This document shows, one piece after another, positions 17,597 through 26,873 of a stretch of DNA of 32,000 nucleotides. The DNA is taken from positions 5,837 through 37,836 of the forward strand of contig CAZNZM010000003.1 in the NCBI GenBank assembly GCA_964577555.1, given 5' to 3'. Each line of letters begins with the position of its first letter. Position 1 is the stretch's first letter. The position numbers and the translations under genes are program-made. The notes under the pieces are model-generated. The model made no database searches, was not told where the DNA came from, and worked only from the letters and a program-made list of their open reading frames with translations. Source of the DNA: an uncultured archaeon (GTDB lineage Archaea; Iainarchaeota; Iainarchaeia; Iainarchaeales; Iainarchaeaceae).

Positions 17597-18742
17597 TTAT
17601 TGTAGAAATTCTTTCAATTTTTTGTTGCTGTGGTGTTCTTTTTCTTTATTTTCGTTTTTTATTATTTCCATTCGTGGATGTGCGAGTTTTATGTCTTCGT
17701 GTTTTTCTATTTTTTCCAAAAAGTCTTTGATTATTGTGGCTTTAGTTTCCGCAATTGCATCTAAATCGGTTTGATAAATAACGTTAATTCCTATTGAAGC
17801 GGGTTCAAGCTTGATATGGATTTTTGGCTTTGGAATCGGCACTTCGTTGCTTGATTCGACAGTTTTCATTATGTTGATTTGTTCTTTGACTGTTTTTTTA
17901 AGAAAATCGCGTTTTATTTTTTTTGAGGCTTCTTGCAACAAATTCAATGCTTCCTGCCAAGCTCTTTTTTCTGCAAATGTTACGGGCACTTGTGTTTTGA
18001 CAAATTTTTTGACGTTTTCTTCGGTTATTTCTTCAACGATTTTTGCAGCTTTTCTCCAGTTGCTTTCGTATGTAATTGAAAACGTTATTTCATCAGTATA
18101 AAGTCCGCCATTTCTGGAATAGTTTAGAATTGGATTGGTGAGTATAAGTTCGTTTGGAATAGTTATTATTTGTTCGCTTTTATTGTTTGAATCAGCTTTG
18201 GAGCCTTGTATTCTGGTGTACATTAAGTGTATTGATTTGACTTCTCCTTTGATGTTGTTGACTTCTATTTTTTCTCCAAGATTGAACGGGTTTGTCGTTA
18301 TTATGGTTACCCAGCCGACAAAATTCATTATTGGTTTTTGCAGGGCAAATGTAACCCCAAAACCTATTAGCCCCAAAGAGGTTATTATTGCGCCAAAATC
18401 TTTGAAAAAAGTGAATAGCAGAATTATTACAATTATAAACCATACGATATAGGTATATGCTGCAATTATGAGTTTGGATTGGTTTTTCTTTCCTTTGTGT
18501 TCAAGGTATTTTTGCAGAATGGGTTTTGTTATATACAGAAATATTATTGTTTCTAATATTATAATTGACGCGTCTAAAATTTTTGGAAAAATACTGCTAA
18601 AAAAAGTTGGTTTGTCTCCGTATAATTGGCTTACAATGTTTGATATTTGGCTCCAATAAAAGAATATGAATAAGCCTACTATTAGCGCGGAAATTGCAAA
18701 TGTCAGATATGAAATAATGTTCCAAATTTTTGTTTTGTCCAT
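17597..18742 (-). CDS. Small-conductance mechanosensitive ion channel (MscS family)
   Basis: Multiple TMs then SLGLIGFGVTFALQKPIMNFVGWVTIITTNPFNLGEKIEVNNIKGEVKSI, the MscS TM3/beta-domain pattern. Confidence 0.92.
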   Translation of the reverse strand: MDKTKIWNIISYLTFAISALIVGLFIFFYWSQISNIVSQLYGDKPTFFSSIFPKILDASIIILETIIFLYITKPILQKYLEHKGKKNQSKLIIAAYTYIVWFIIVIILLFTFFKDFGAIITSLGLIGFGVTFALQKPIMNFVGWVTIITTNPFNLGEKIEVNNIKGEVKSIHLMYTRIQGSKADSNNKSEQIITIPNELILTNPILNYSRNGGLYTDEITFSITYESNWRKAAKIVEEITEENVKKFVKTQVPVTFAEKRAWQEALNLLQEASKKIKRDFLKKTVKEQINIMKTVESSNEVPIPKPKIHIKLEPASIGINVIYQTDLDAIAETKATIIKDFLEKIEKHEDIKLAHPRMEIIKNENKEKEHHSNKKLKEFLQ

Positions 18743-18832
18743 TTCATAATAAATAATGGTTTACATTTTAAACATTGATTGTTTTCTTTCTTGTCAAGTG
18801 TAATATATTATTAAAAGAACTTTTTTTCATTT

Positions 18833-20131
18833 TTGGTAAAAATTCAAGTGTCTTTTATGCTGTCTGGGCCAACAAAATTTATTTTTGCATTTTTCGGAGT
18901 TTTGCTTTTTTCTTTTATTGTGCTTTCTGTTGATTTGTCTTCGCCTTTGGTTAATAATGATTCTAATAATAGCGATTTGAACTTTGGGTTTGACGAGAAT
19001 TTGAGTGTTTTGAAAAAAGACCAAAATAAAGTGTTTGATTATAATTATGGAGAAGAAACAGGTTTTGATTCAAATAGTTTTTTTGATTTGAATGCTGGCG
19101 GTGTTTTTGATGATGTTAATTCTGGGATTGATTTTAACGTTTCTGATTTGAATAATCATGTTGATTTTAATTCAAATTTTGATTTGAATGCTGGCAAAGT
19201 TTTTGGCGATGTTAATTCTGTTTTTGATTCTAATAGTTTTGATTTGAATGTTGGTGTTGTTGATTCCAATTCAGACCAAGTTTTTGACTTGAATAATGGC
19301 GTTTATGAAAGTTCTGAAAACGACTCTGTGCATGTGAAAAATTCTTATTATGGTGGTGTGGATTTTGTTAAATTGCGTGATGAAATTTCTAAAATGGAAT
19401 TCCAATATGATGCGCTAAAATCCGCTTTTAAGGATTCTTCAGGGGTTGAAAAAATTGCTTTGCGCAATCAGGCAGTGGAAAAAGCAAGGGTTATTTTGCT
19501 TTTGCAAACCGAGCTCATTATTTCCGAATTGGAATACGTAAAACCTGAAGTGGTTGATGTTTCAGAGGTTCAAAAATGTATTGATTATATTTCAGAAAAG
19601 AGGAAATTGCTTGAAGATGTGAATATTTCTTTGTCAAATCTTTCAGATATTTCTTATTCTTTGAGGTCTTTTTGGGAAAAGGAAAAACCTGTTGTGTTGA
19701 AAATGGTTCTTTTGTCTTCTTTGTCAAGAATTTCTGCAGCAATTGAAAAAATAGATTATTTTGTTTCGGGTTTTGAAAGTCTTTCTAATAAGCTTTCTGT
19801 TAGCGATGAAAATAAGGTGTTGTTGACTGGTGTTTCCAAGTTAAAATCCGATTCTGTTGCTTTGGTTTCGGTTGTTCAAAAAGTTTCTTTTGCAGAGTCT
19901 AAGGTTGATGTTAATTCTTATTTAGAATTTTATGATTCTGTGAGGGTCTCAATTGCTTTGGCTAATGCTCTTGCCAAAGAGGATTATGAGGTTATGGGTT
20001 ATCTTTATTTTGCGGTAAAAAATATAATTAATGGCATTGCTGTTCCGCGTGAGATTTCTTCAAAAGTTGATTCATACGTTTATAGCAGCATAAGAGATGA
20101 GCTTTTATTGTCGCTTGAAAATTTCGGTTAG
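18833..20131 (+). CDS. Secreted/exported Asn/Asp-rich internal-repeat protein with helical C-terminal region (ATG start more likely 18857)
   Basis: N-terminal hydrophobic FIFAFFGVLLFSFIVLSV; repeats FDLNAGGVFDDVNS / FDLNAGKVFGDVNS / FDLNVGVV; TTTGATTTGAATGCTGGC at 19084 and 19180. Confidence 0.75.
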   Translation: MVKIQVSFMLSGPTKFIFAFFGVLLFSFIVLSVDLSSPLVNNDSNNSDLNFGFDENLSVLKKDQNKVFDYNYGEETGFDSNSFFDLNAGGVFDDVNSGIDFNVSDLNNHVDFNSNFDLNAGKVFGDVNSVFDSNSFDLNVGVVDSNSDQVFDLNNGVYESSENDSVHVKNSYYGGVDFVKLRDEISKMEFQYDALKSAFKDSSGVEKIALRNQAVEKARVILLLQTELIISELEYVKPEVVDVSEVQKCIDYISEKRKLLEDVNISLSNLSDISYSLRSFWEKEKPVVLKMVLLSSLSRISAAIEKIDYFVSGFESLSNKLSVSDENKVLLTGVSKLKSDSVALVSVVQKVSFAESKVDVNSYLEFYDSVRVSIALANALAKEDYEVMGYLYFAVKNIINGIAVPREISSKVDSYVYSSIRDELLLSLENFG

Positions 20132-20142
20132 AGTGGTTTTTT

Positions 20143-20355
20143 ATGGTTTTGAAATTTGTTTGTTTTTTTCTTTTGTTGCTTTTTTTTGTTGGCTGCGTGT
20201 TTGAGCAAAAATCAGGTTTTTCTGATGTTGGTTTTGGTGATGCAAATAATAGTGTTAATTCAATGGTTGGTGTAGAAAAAAAAATCCCTGAATATGATCC
20301 TTTTGTGATTGTTCATGATGATTTTTTGAAAATTGATGTTAATGATTTTGGGTGA
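20143..20355 (+). CDS. Small putative lipoprotein
   Basis: MVLKFVCFFLLLLFFVGC with lipobox-like FVGC; 11 nt after the preceding CDS. Confidence 0.65.
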   Translation: MVLKFVCFFLLLLFFVGCVFEQKSGFSDVGFGDANNSVNSMVGVEKKIPEYDPFVIVHDDFLKIDVNDFG

Positions 20356-20944
20356 TTTTTTGGATTTTTCTTTTCCTGAATCGCTTGTTTTGTTTGCCAA
20401 GACAAGGCGTTTGAAATTGATTGGCAAGATAGCCAAGGGTTGGAGTTCTGAAATTTTTCTTGCAAAGGATTTTGACGGGGAGAAAGTTGTTCTTAAAGTT
20501 CTTAGTGAAAAATCCAATAGGCGGGAAATGGTTCAAAGGGAATCAAAAAATCTTGGCCTTGCCAATTCTGTAGGTGTTGGTCCAAAGCTTTATTTTTTTG
20601 ATGTTGTTGCCGGCGTTGTTGGGATGGAGTTTGTTGATGGTTTGCCTTTTGGCAAGTGGATTTTTTCAGGTGTTTCAAGGAAGGAGCTTGAAAGATTTAT
20701 TGGCGACCTTTTTTTGCAAGCCAAAAAATTGGATTTGATTGGGCTTGATCATGGACAGCTTGCCGGTTCGGGCAGGAATATTCTTGTGCGCAACGGGTTG
20801 CCTGTTATTATTGATTTTGAAAAGGCTTCTACTTCAAGAAAGGTTCATAATGTGAATGTTGTTGATTCTTTTCTTTTTAGAAGCCGCGGTTCAAAAGTAG
20901 TTGAAAAAGTGTTTTCTGTTTTGGGTTTGAAAAAAGAAAAATAG
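20333..20944 (+). CDS. Predicted small Ser/Thr protein kinase-like protein (RIO/Bud32-like archaeal group); start uncertain
   Basis: Gly-rich/ATP segment IGKIAKGWSSEIFLAKDFDGEKVVLKVL; LDHGQLAGSGRNILVRNGLPVIIDFEKAS as catalytic and DFG-like loop. Confidence 0.82.
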   Translation: MMLMILGDFLDFSFPESLVLFAKTRRLKLIGKIAKGWSSEIFLAKDFDGEKVVLKVLSEKSNRREMVQRESKNLGLANSVGVGPKLYFFDVVAGVVGMEFVDGLPFGKWIFSGVSRKELERFIGDLFLQAKKLDLIGLDHGQLAGSGRNILVRNGLPVIIDFEKASTSRKVHNVNVVDSFLFRSRGSKVVEKVFSVLGLKKEK

Positions 20945-20966
20945 TGGGGCTTTGAAAGCCCTTTTT

Positions 20967-21410
20967 TTATTTTACGAATTTTCTGTCCACTTCAAGTATT
21001 AGGACGTCGCATGCCGCTTTTATTGATTCAAGTTGTTTGATTATTCTTTCTTTTTCCTTTTCAATGTCTTGTATGTTTTCATAAGGTTCTATTGCTTCTC
21101 TGAGCATTGCGCCATCAACATAAGTATATGGGTTTTGGTTGAGTTTTTGGGCTATTCTTTCAACCATTTTGCCAAGCCATATGTTCATTTCGTTTTTTAC
21201 TTGCCCTTTTATTTGTTTTCCCGGGCTAAGGTTCTTTCTAAGCATGTTTACAATTGTTGCTTTTGGGAATGGCAATTTGCTTTCGTCTATATTATCATCT
21301 TCTTCTGATTCAATTAGGTCTTGTTCTTTTTGAGGTTTTTCCTCTATTTTTTCAGCTTTTGGCGTTTGTTGAGCTTCATTGGTTTTTTTTAATTGTTGTA
21401 TAGATTGCAC
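20967..21410 (-). CDS. Histone-fold-like protein with N-terminal tail and C-terminal extension
   Basis: LPFPKATIVNMLRKNLSPGKQIKGQVKNEMNIWLGKMVERIAQKLNQNPYTYVDGAMLREAIEPY aligns by eye with the helix-loop-helix of archaeal histones (LPfApvdriir...Is..A...l......ia..a...a....r.tv...dl..Ai). Confidence 0.6.
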   Translation of the reverse strand: MQSIQQLKKTNEAQQTPKAEKIEEKPQKEQDLIESEEDDNIDESKLPFPKATIVNMLRKNLSPGKQIKGQVKNEMNIWLGKMVERIAQKLNQNPYTYVDGAMLREAIEPYENIQDIEKEKERIIKQLESIKAACDVLILEVDRKFVK

Positions 21411-21601
21411 TGTTAAACCCCCTAGTAGATTAATTAAAAGTGATAGTTAATATGTCAAGCATACAAAATTTAAATGCTTCCATGGCGTTATTTTTGCTGT
21501 TGTTAAAATGGTTTTAATAATTTATTTGAGGCGTTTTATTGAAGGTATTTTTTTTGTTTTTGTTCTGATATTATATATACTATATATACTATTTACTTAT
21601 A

Positions 21602-22174
21602 ATGTCTTTGTTTGCAGGTTTTTTTATGAAAAGGGAAACAGGGCTTGTTCAAGTTTATTGGGGCAATGGAAAGGGCAAGACTACTGCTGCGCTTGGTTTG
21701 TGTGTTCGTGCTCTTGGCAGAGGTTTGAAAGTACATTTGGTGCAGTTCCTGAAGGGTGGAATTGAGGGTAATAAGGATTTTGAAGAGTATGGCGAACTTA
21801 TGTCGCTTAAGGAATTCAAGAATTTTTCTTATAAAAGATTCGGCATGAAAAAATGGGTTGTTGGAAAACCCGAGCCGGATCATTTGGCTCAAGCTGAAAT
21901 AGCCCTTGAACATTCAAAAAATGTTGTCTCTTCCGGAGCTTATGATGTAGTGGTGCTTGACGAGATTCTTTATGCGATTCAATTAGGTTTGATTACTGAG
22001 AGTGATGTTTTGGAGTTGATTAAGTCAAAGTCAAAATATTCGGAACTTGTCTTAACTGGTTCTCACATTCCTTTTCAAAATGTTTTTAATATAGCTGATC
22101 TTGTAACTGAAATGAAAAAGCATAAACATCCTTTTGATGCAGGGGTTCCGGCCAGAAAAGGAATTGAATTTTGA
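21602..22174 (+). CDS. cobO: Cob(I)alamin / cob(I)yrinate adenosyltransferase (start may be 21626)
   Basis: GLVQVYWGNGKGKTTAALGLCVRALGRGLKVHLVQFLKG, VVVLDEILYAIQLGL, ELVLTGSHIP. Confidence 0.93.
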   Translation: MSLFAGFFMKRETGLVQVYWGNGKGKTTAALGLCVRALGRGLKVHLVQFLKGGIEGNKDFEEYGELMSLKEFKNFSYKRFGMKKWVVGKPEPDHLAQAEIALEHSKNVVSSGAYDVVVLDEILYAIQLGLITESDVLELIKSKSKYSELVLTGSHIPFQNVFNIADLVTEMKKHKHPFDAGVPARKGIEF

Positions 22175-22199
22175 ACGAGGAATACATAGATAAATAGGC

Positions 22200-22540
22200 T
22201 TGTTTTTTTAAGCAGGTTTTTTTGTCATTTTTGATTGTTTATTTTTTTGTTTTTTCTAAATTGAAAAAATATTTTTTTTGTCTTTTTGGCTTTGTTTTTT
22301 GCGAGCCTATCATGTCTTGTTAGTTTTTCATTTTTTGAGATTTGAGCCATTTTTTTGCAAGCCAGTTTTTTTTATGGCGTTTATTTTTTGCCTTGTTTTT
22401 TTGGTTGACTTTTCAAATAATTATTTTTTTTTTTAATTAGCTTTATTTTTTTTGTTTTGACTAGCCGTTTTTTTTGAGTCGAATTTTTATTTGGTCAAAA
22501 GTAAGCTTTTTGTTAAATATGGAAAATAATTTTTTTTTGC
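22200..22540. repeat. T-rich intergenic island
   Basis: tttGCGAGCCtat, gagccatttttttGCAAGCCag, and gactaGCCGttttttttGAGTCG. Confidence 0.6.
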
Positions 22541-22569
22541 AGTTATCAATATAAAACCTCATTTGCTTT

Positions 22570-23418
22570 TTGTATTGTATGCTTAAACCTGATAAATTGC
22601 TTTTTGCGCCTGCAGGCATACCTATTTGTACCGAGCCGCGCGATACCGAAAATGGCATCAGGACAACCAAAAAGTTGGGTTTGGGCGCCATGGAGTTGGA
22701 GTTTGTGCAAAGCGTTTTTATAACAAAAGATAAAGCGCCAGGCATTAGAAAGGTTGCTGAAGAGGAAGGAATTGTGCTTACTTGCCATGCCCCGTATTTT
22801 ATAAATTTGAATGCGGTTGAGCCTGAAAAAAAAGGGGCTTCAAGATCAAGAATAATTCAAAGCGCCAAAATACTTGAGCTTTGCGGGGGTTATTCTGTTT
22901 GTTTTCATCCTGGCTTTTATCTAAAAGACTCCAAAGCCCAGGCTTATAAAAACGTGAAAGAGCAATTGGCTAAAGTTATGGATGAAGTAAAACAACTTGG
23001 TTTAAAGGTGTGGATTAGGCCAGAAACAACCGGCAAGCCAACTCAATTTGGCTCTGTTGAAGAATTGTGTGATTTGAGTGCTGAATTTGATCAGGTTTTG
23101 CCAGTAATTGATTTTTCGCATTTGCATGCACGAACTAATGGCAAGTATAATTCAAAAGAGGAGTTTAAACATATTTTGGAGTTGATTGAAAAGAAAAACG
23201 GAAAAATTGCTTTGCATAACATGCATATTCATATTTCTGGCATTGCTTATAATGAAAAAGGCGAAAAAAATCATCTTGAATTGAATTCCAGCGACATGAA
23301 TTATCTCGCTGTGCTCGAAGTATTAAAAGAATTTGGGGCTAAAGGAGTGGTTGTTTCGGAAAGCCCTAATATTGAACAAGATGCTATTATGTTGCAAAAA
23401 AAATATGTTGATTTGTGA
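22570..23418 (+). CDS. AP endonuclease family 2 / endonuclease IV-like TIM barrel protein
   Basis: LLFAPAGIPICTEPRDTENGIRTTKKLGLGAMELEFVQ, LTCHAPYFINLNA, CFHPGFYL, VIDFSHLHAR, LHNMHIHISGIAY. Confidence 0.85.
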   Translation: MYCMLKPDKLLFAPAGIPICTEPRDTENGIRTTKKLGLGAMELEFVQSVFITKDKAPGIRKVAEEEGIVLTCHAPYFINLNAVEPEKKGASRSRIIQSAKILELCGGYSVCFHPGFYLKDSKAQAYKNVKEQLAKVMDEVKQLGLKVWIRPETTGKPTQFGSVEELCDLSAEFDQVLPVIDFSHLHARTNGKYNSKEEFKHILELIEKKNGKIALHNMHIHISGIAYNEKGEKNHLELNSSDMNYLAVLEVLKEFGAKGVVVSESPNIEQDAIMLQKKYVDL

Positions 23419-23530
23419 TTATGCTTAATCAAAAAGCAAAAATTTTGCCAAAAATGTCCTAAAACAAGGTAAAAAGGTTTAAATTATACTTATTATATTA
23501 ATTAGTAAATTTATTTTAGGAGGTGTTTTA

Positions 23531-24634
23531 ATGATTTTTAAAAAATCATTTGTAATTGCCTCGTCTTTGATTTTTATATTGATGAGTGCAATAGCATTTT
23601 CAGAATCTGATAATACTACATCTGATAATACTACTAATACAGATGGCAGTAATACTGGTAGTGAACCGAATAAAGTTGTCACCAAGGTTCCAAATGTTGT
23701 AAAACCAAAACCGGTGGCTAATGTTGTTAGGCCTGTTCCTGATAGGAATTTTGTTAGGCCTGATGTTGTTAGGCCTGTTCCTGATAGGGATTTGAACCCA
23801 GTAGTTACACCATTTGTTAAAGCCAAGATTTTCGATAAGATAAAATCGGAATTGGATTCAAATTATTCAAATTTTTTGGCTGTAAAGGAAAAACTTAAAA
23901 TAGCAAAAGATAAAATCGAAAAGGAGAAAGTTAGAAAAGAATTGCAAGAAAAAACAAGGCTTTTGCTGATTGCTCAACTAAAAGCAATAATAGAAAAGCT
24001 AAAATTGGTTGAAAGCAATGGTGTTGCAGACGAGGAAACTAAAAGAGCTATTGAAGTTCTTGAAAAAAAATTGAATAATCTGCAAAATAGCAATGATTTG
24101 AATGTTTCAGATCTTCAATCAGTTTCCAGTGAGTCAAAGAAAATTTTTGAACGCAATGAAGCAAGAGTAAAGGCAAAAATCGGTCTTGAAATGGCTGAAA
24201 AATATCTTAAAACAATAGCCAAAGCCGAAGCCTATTCAAAAAGGCTTGGCGAAATAATTTCTTCCTTAAAAGCAGCTGGCAAAGATACTTCAAGGCTTCA
24301 AACCGCAAAAGAAAAGCTTGATAAAGACATAGAAAGAATAAAGTCGGTTGCTTTGTCTTTGAAGGAAAAGTTTGCCGCCGCTAATACTAAAGAAGAAACT
24401 CTTGAAGTAATGAAAGAAGCACACAATAAATTAAGAATTATTCATAAAGAAATCCAAAAAGATATTATTCTCATAAGGCTTGCTTTCATAGGAGCAAAAG
24501 AAATTTCTGAAAAAGGAGAATTATCTGTAAATACAAGCGATGAAATTGAAGAAGTCGTTTCAGGCGAAGCAAGTGCTGTAACTGAATTAAATGTTCCTTC
24601 AGAAGAATTAACTGCAGGAGGTGAAGCACAATGA
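23531..24634 (+). CDS. Exported coiled-coil protein with a proline-rich repeated N-terminal segment
   Basis: Signal peptide SFVIASSLIFILMSAIAFSES; repeated VVRPVPDRNFVRPDVVRPVPDRD; long alternating E/K helical region; ATGA overlap with the next gene. Confidence 0.75.
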   Translation: MIFKKSFVIASSLIFILMSAIAFSESDNTTSDNTTNTDGSNTGSEPNKVVTKVPNVVKPKPVANVVRPVPDRNFVRPDVVRPVPDRDLNPVVTPFVKAKIFDKIKSELDSNYSNFLAVKEKLKIAKDKIEKEKVRKELQEKTRLLLIAQLKAIIEKLKLVESNGVADEETKRAIEVLEKKLNNLQNSNDLNVSDLQSVSSESKKIFERNEARVKAKIGLEMAEKYLKTIAKAEAYSKRLGEIISSLKAAGKDTSRLQTAKEKLDKDIERIKSVALSLKEKFAAANTKEETLEVMKEAHNKLRIIHKEIQKDIILIRLAFIGAKEISEKGELSVNTSDEIEEVVSGEASAVTELNVPSEELTAGGEAQ

Positions 24635-24924
24635 ATGCGGCAAAAATAAGCGTTGTTTTCGTATTTTTGGCTTTTGCATTGGTTTTGGCTGGTTGTTCTA
24701 ATAAACCTGTTCCTCCTCCAAATCCACCTCAAAATGATGTTAAGGTTGATGTAAAGCAGGACAATCCTGTGACTGAAAAGCCTGCCAATGTAGAACCTGT
24801 TAAAGTACCTTCGGACGAATTAAACGATATTCAAAAGGAGCTTGCAGAAATGGAAAAGACCATTGAAAGTGAAAATTCGTCTGATTTGGAGTTGGTTGAA
24901 ATAGATGAAAGCACCTTCCAATGA
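24631..24924 (+). CDS. Small putative lipoprotein
   Basis: MNAAKISVVFVFLAFALVLAGCSNKP with lipobox LAGC, overlapping the upstream gene by 4 nt. Confidence 0.75.
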   Translation: MNAAKISVVFVFLAFALVLAGCSNKPVPPPNPPQNDVKVDVKQDNPVTEKPANVEPVKVPSDELNDIQKELAEMEKTIESENSSDLELVEIDESTFQ

Positions 24925-24955
24925 AGGTGCAATTTTCTTTATTTTTTTACTCTTT

Positions 24956-25186
24956 TTACTCTATTTTTTTTACAAAAATGCATGGAACTGGACAAGCATC
25001 TGCCGCTTCTTTGTTTTGATTGTACTTTGATTCGTCAATAATTTTTACTTCGACAGCTCCTTCTTTTTGCGAGCCTTGAAGGTGCGATTTGTCACCATCC
25101 ATTATCCAATCTTCAGGGTCTATTGCTGCGCATGCTCCGCAACCTATGCAAATTTCTTTTTGATGTTCAACTCTGAATTTTGCCAT
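24956..25186 (-). CDS. [4Fe-4S] ferredoxin
   Basis: CIGCGACAAIDPEDW ... AADACPVPCIFV. Confidence 0.92.
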   Translation of the reverse strand: MAKFRVEHQKEICIGCGACAAIDPEDWIMDGDKSHLQGSQKEGAVEVKIIDESKYNQNKEAADACPVPCIFVKKIE

Positions 25187-25240
25187 GTAAAAACCTCTTT
25201 CGTAATATATGTTGGCTGTTGTTTTAAATGTTGTGCAGTG

Positions 25241-25711
25241 TTAAAGCCCGAATCCTTTAATTATTTCGTCTGCATGCGATTCTACTTTTGGTTTGTCAAT
25301 TATTTTGACGATTTTGCCTTTTTCATTTATTAAAAAGGTTGTTCTTGCAATTCCTAAAAATGTTTTGCCGTAAAGGCTTTTTTTCTTCCAAACCCCGTAT
25401 TTTTCAAGTACTTCCATTTTTTCGTCTGAAAGTATGGGGAAATTGAATTTGAATTTTTCAGCAAATTTTTTGTGGCTTTCCAATCCATCTTTGCTTATGC
25501 CGACAATTTCAATTCCTTTTTCCTTCAATTTGTCATAATTGTCCCTTATATTGCATCCTTGTATAGTGCATCCAGGAGTATCGTCTTTTGGATAAAAGTA
25601 AACTACAAGTTTCTTTCCTTTATAGTCTTTCAATTTGTGGATTTTTCCATTTTGGTCAGGCAAATTGAATTCAGGCGCTTTGTCCCCTTCTTTAAGCTCC
25701 ATTAAAATCAC
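25241..25711 (-). CDS. bcp: Peroxiredoxin, BCP/PrxQ type
   Basis: LKEGDKAPEFNLPDQNGK, VVYFYPKDDTPGCTIQGCNIRD, RTTFLINEKGKI. Confidence 0.95.
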   Translation of the reverse strand: MILMELKEGDKAPEFNLPDQNGKIHKLKDYKGKKLVVYFYPKDDTPGCTIQGCNIRDNYDKLKEKGIEIVGISKDGLESHKKFAEKFKFNFPILSDEKMEVLEKYGVWKKKSLYGKTFLGIARTTFLINEKGKIVKIIDKPKVESHADEIIKGFGL

Positions 25712-25830
25712 CCAAAACGATTTTGTTTTTTTTGCAAATAAATATTGTTTGGTTCGTTAAATAAAATCCATTGATAATTTTTTTGTAATTATATTAGTTT
25801 TTCTGCAATTCATCTAAAAAAATATTTTTT

Positions 25831-26133
25831 TTATGAATCTGATTTTATTGTGTTTATTTTGGGAATTGCAAAAAAAATCAAAAACCATGCCAAAATAACC
25901 GCCATTGACATTGCAATTCCAAGCATAAAGCTGTTTGTAATAATGCCTTCGGTTGTTTCTTCCAAAAAAGCTTCGCCTTCCAAAAATGCGGTTGCCTTGT
26001 CTGAAAAAATCATTATTGTCGAACCCCAAAACATTAATGCAAGATAATCTGTTTTATATTTTCTAAAATTCGGAAAAAGCAAGTAAATAAGACTTGTTGC
26101 AATTGAAAAAAACAACATTGTTATTAACCACAT
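25831..26133 (-). CDS. Small multi-TM membrane protein
   Basis: Three hydrophobic segments; shares the pattern MFWGSTIMI..... with the neighbouring gene. Confidence 0.65.
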   Translation of the reverse strand: MWLITMLFFSIATSLIYLLFPNFRKYKTDYLALMFWGSTIMIFSDKATAFLEGEAFLEETTEGIITNSFMLGIAMSMAVILAWFLIFFAIPKINTIKSDS

Positions 26134-26146
26134 TTTCTCACTTTTG

Positions 26147-26491
26147 TTATGTGTTGTGGCTTGTTTTGGTTGTCTGAGGCACTAATATTTTTTCATAAAC
26201 CAAAACCATTGTAATCCATGTTAATATTATTAAAAACGCCATTGGAACCCCGATTTTTATCATTTCGTTTAGCATTATGCTTGTTGTTTCTGGCGATTCC
26301 ATTGCTGTCAAAAAAGGAAACCAAGGAACGATTTCCTGATGTGCATAATGTTCTACTGCCAGAGCCACTGAGCCGCCAAAAATCATTGTGTTAAGCCAAT
26401 TTATGCGCCAATTTGTAGGAAATTTTTTTCTTAATGCTGTTGTGATTATGCCTATTGTCAGGGGAACCAAAAAACAAGCCATGAAAAACAA
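26147..26491 (-). CDS. Small multi-TM membrane protein, possible paralog of the next gene downstream
   Basis: MIFGGSVALAVEHYAHQEIVPWF..., 13 nt upstream of the 26133 start on the same strand. Confidence 0.65.
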   Translation of the reverse strand: MFFMACFLVPLTIGIITTALRKKFPTNWRINWLNTMIFGGSVALAVEHYAHQEIVPWFPFLTAMESPETTSIMLNEMIKIGVPMAFLIILTWITMVLVYEKILVPQTTKTSHNT

Positions 26492-26555
26492 TTCTTTGAT
26501 TTGAATTTAAATGTATTCTTTTCTGAAATAATGCAAAAAATTGCAAATTCGGTTT

Positions 26556-26705
26556 TTAGTTTGGCTTTTTTGCGAATTTTGTTATCTCCAAATTGCACGA
26601 TTTGTTTTTTTTGCACCAAGCTTCGCATTTTTCAGCCCATTGCCTTTCCTTATAATACAAGTTGCATTCTTCGCATTGAAAGAACTCAAAATATTTTTTT
26701 ACCAT
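26556..26705 (-). CDS. Small Cys-rich (zinc-ribbon-like) protein, 49 aa, absent from the ORF track
   Basis: Minus-strand translation MVKKYFEFFQCEECNLYYKERQWAEKCEAWCKKNKSCNLEITKFAKKPN*, with CxxC followed by CxxxC and a further Cys. Confidence 0.75.
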   Translation of the reverse strand: MVKKYFEFFQCEECNLYYKERQWAEKCEAWCKKNKSCNLEITKFAKKPN

Positions 26706-26851
26706 AAAATACTAACCAAGTATTCAAATTAAATTTTTATTTGTTTTAACTATCGGCTTGTTGTTTTTATTGCTGGTTGATTAAATCAAAAAAAATCTCT
26801 TTTTTTGCTTTAGCTAATTTCAAGCAATTTTTTTTGATTCATTGCATTTGC

Positions 26852-26859
26852 TTTAAAAT
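26852..26859 (+). promoter_or_regulatory. TATA-like element upstream of the candidate sRNA
   Basis: TTTAAAAT centred about 26 nt upstream of 26881; flanked by two TCATTGCAT copies. Confidence 0.4.
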
Positions 26860-26873
26860 CATTGCATGTAAAG

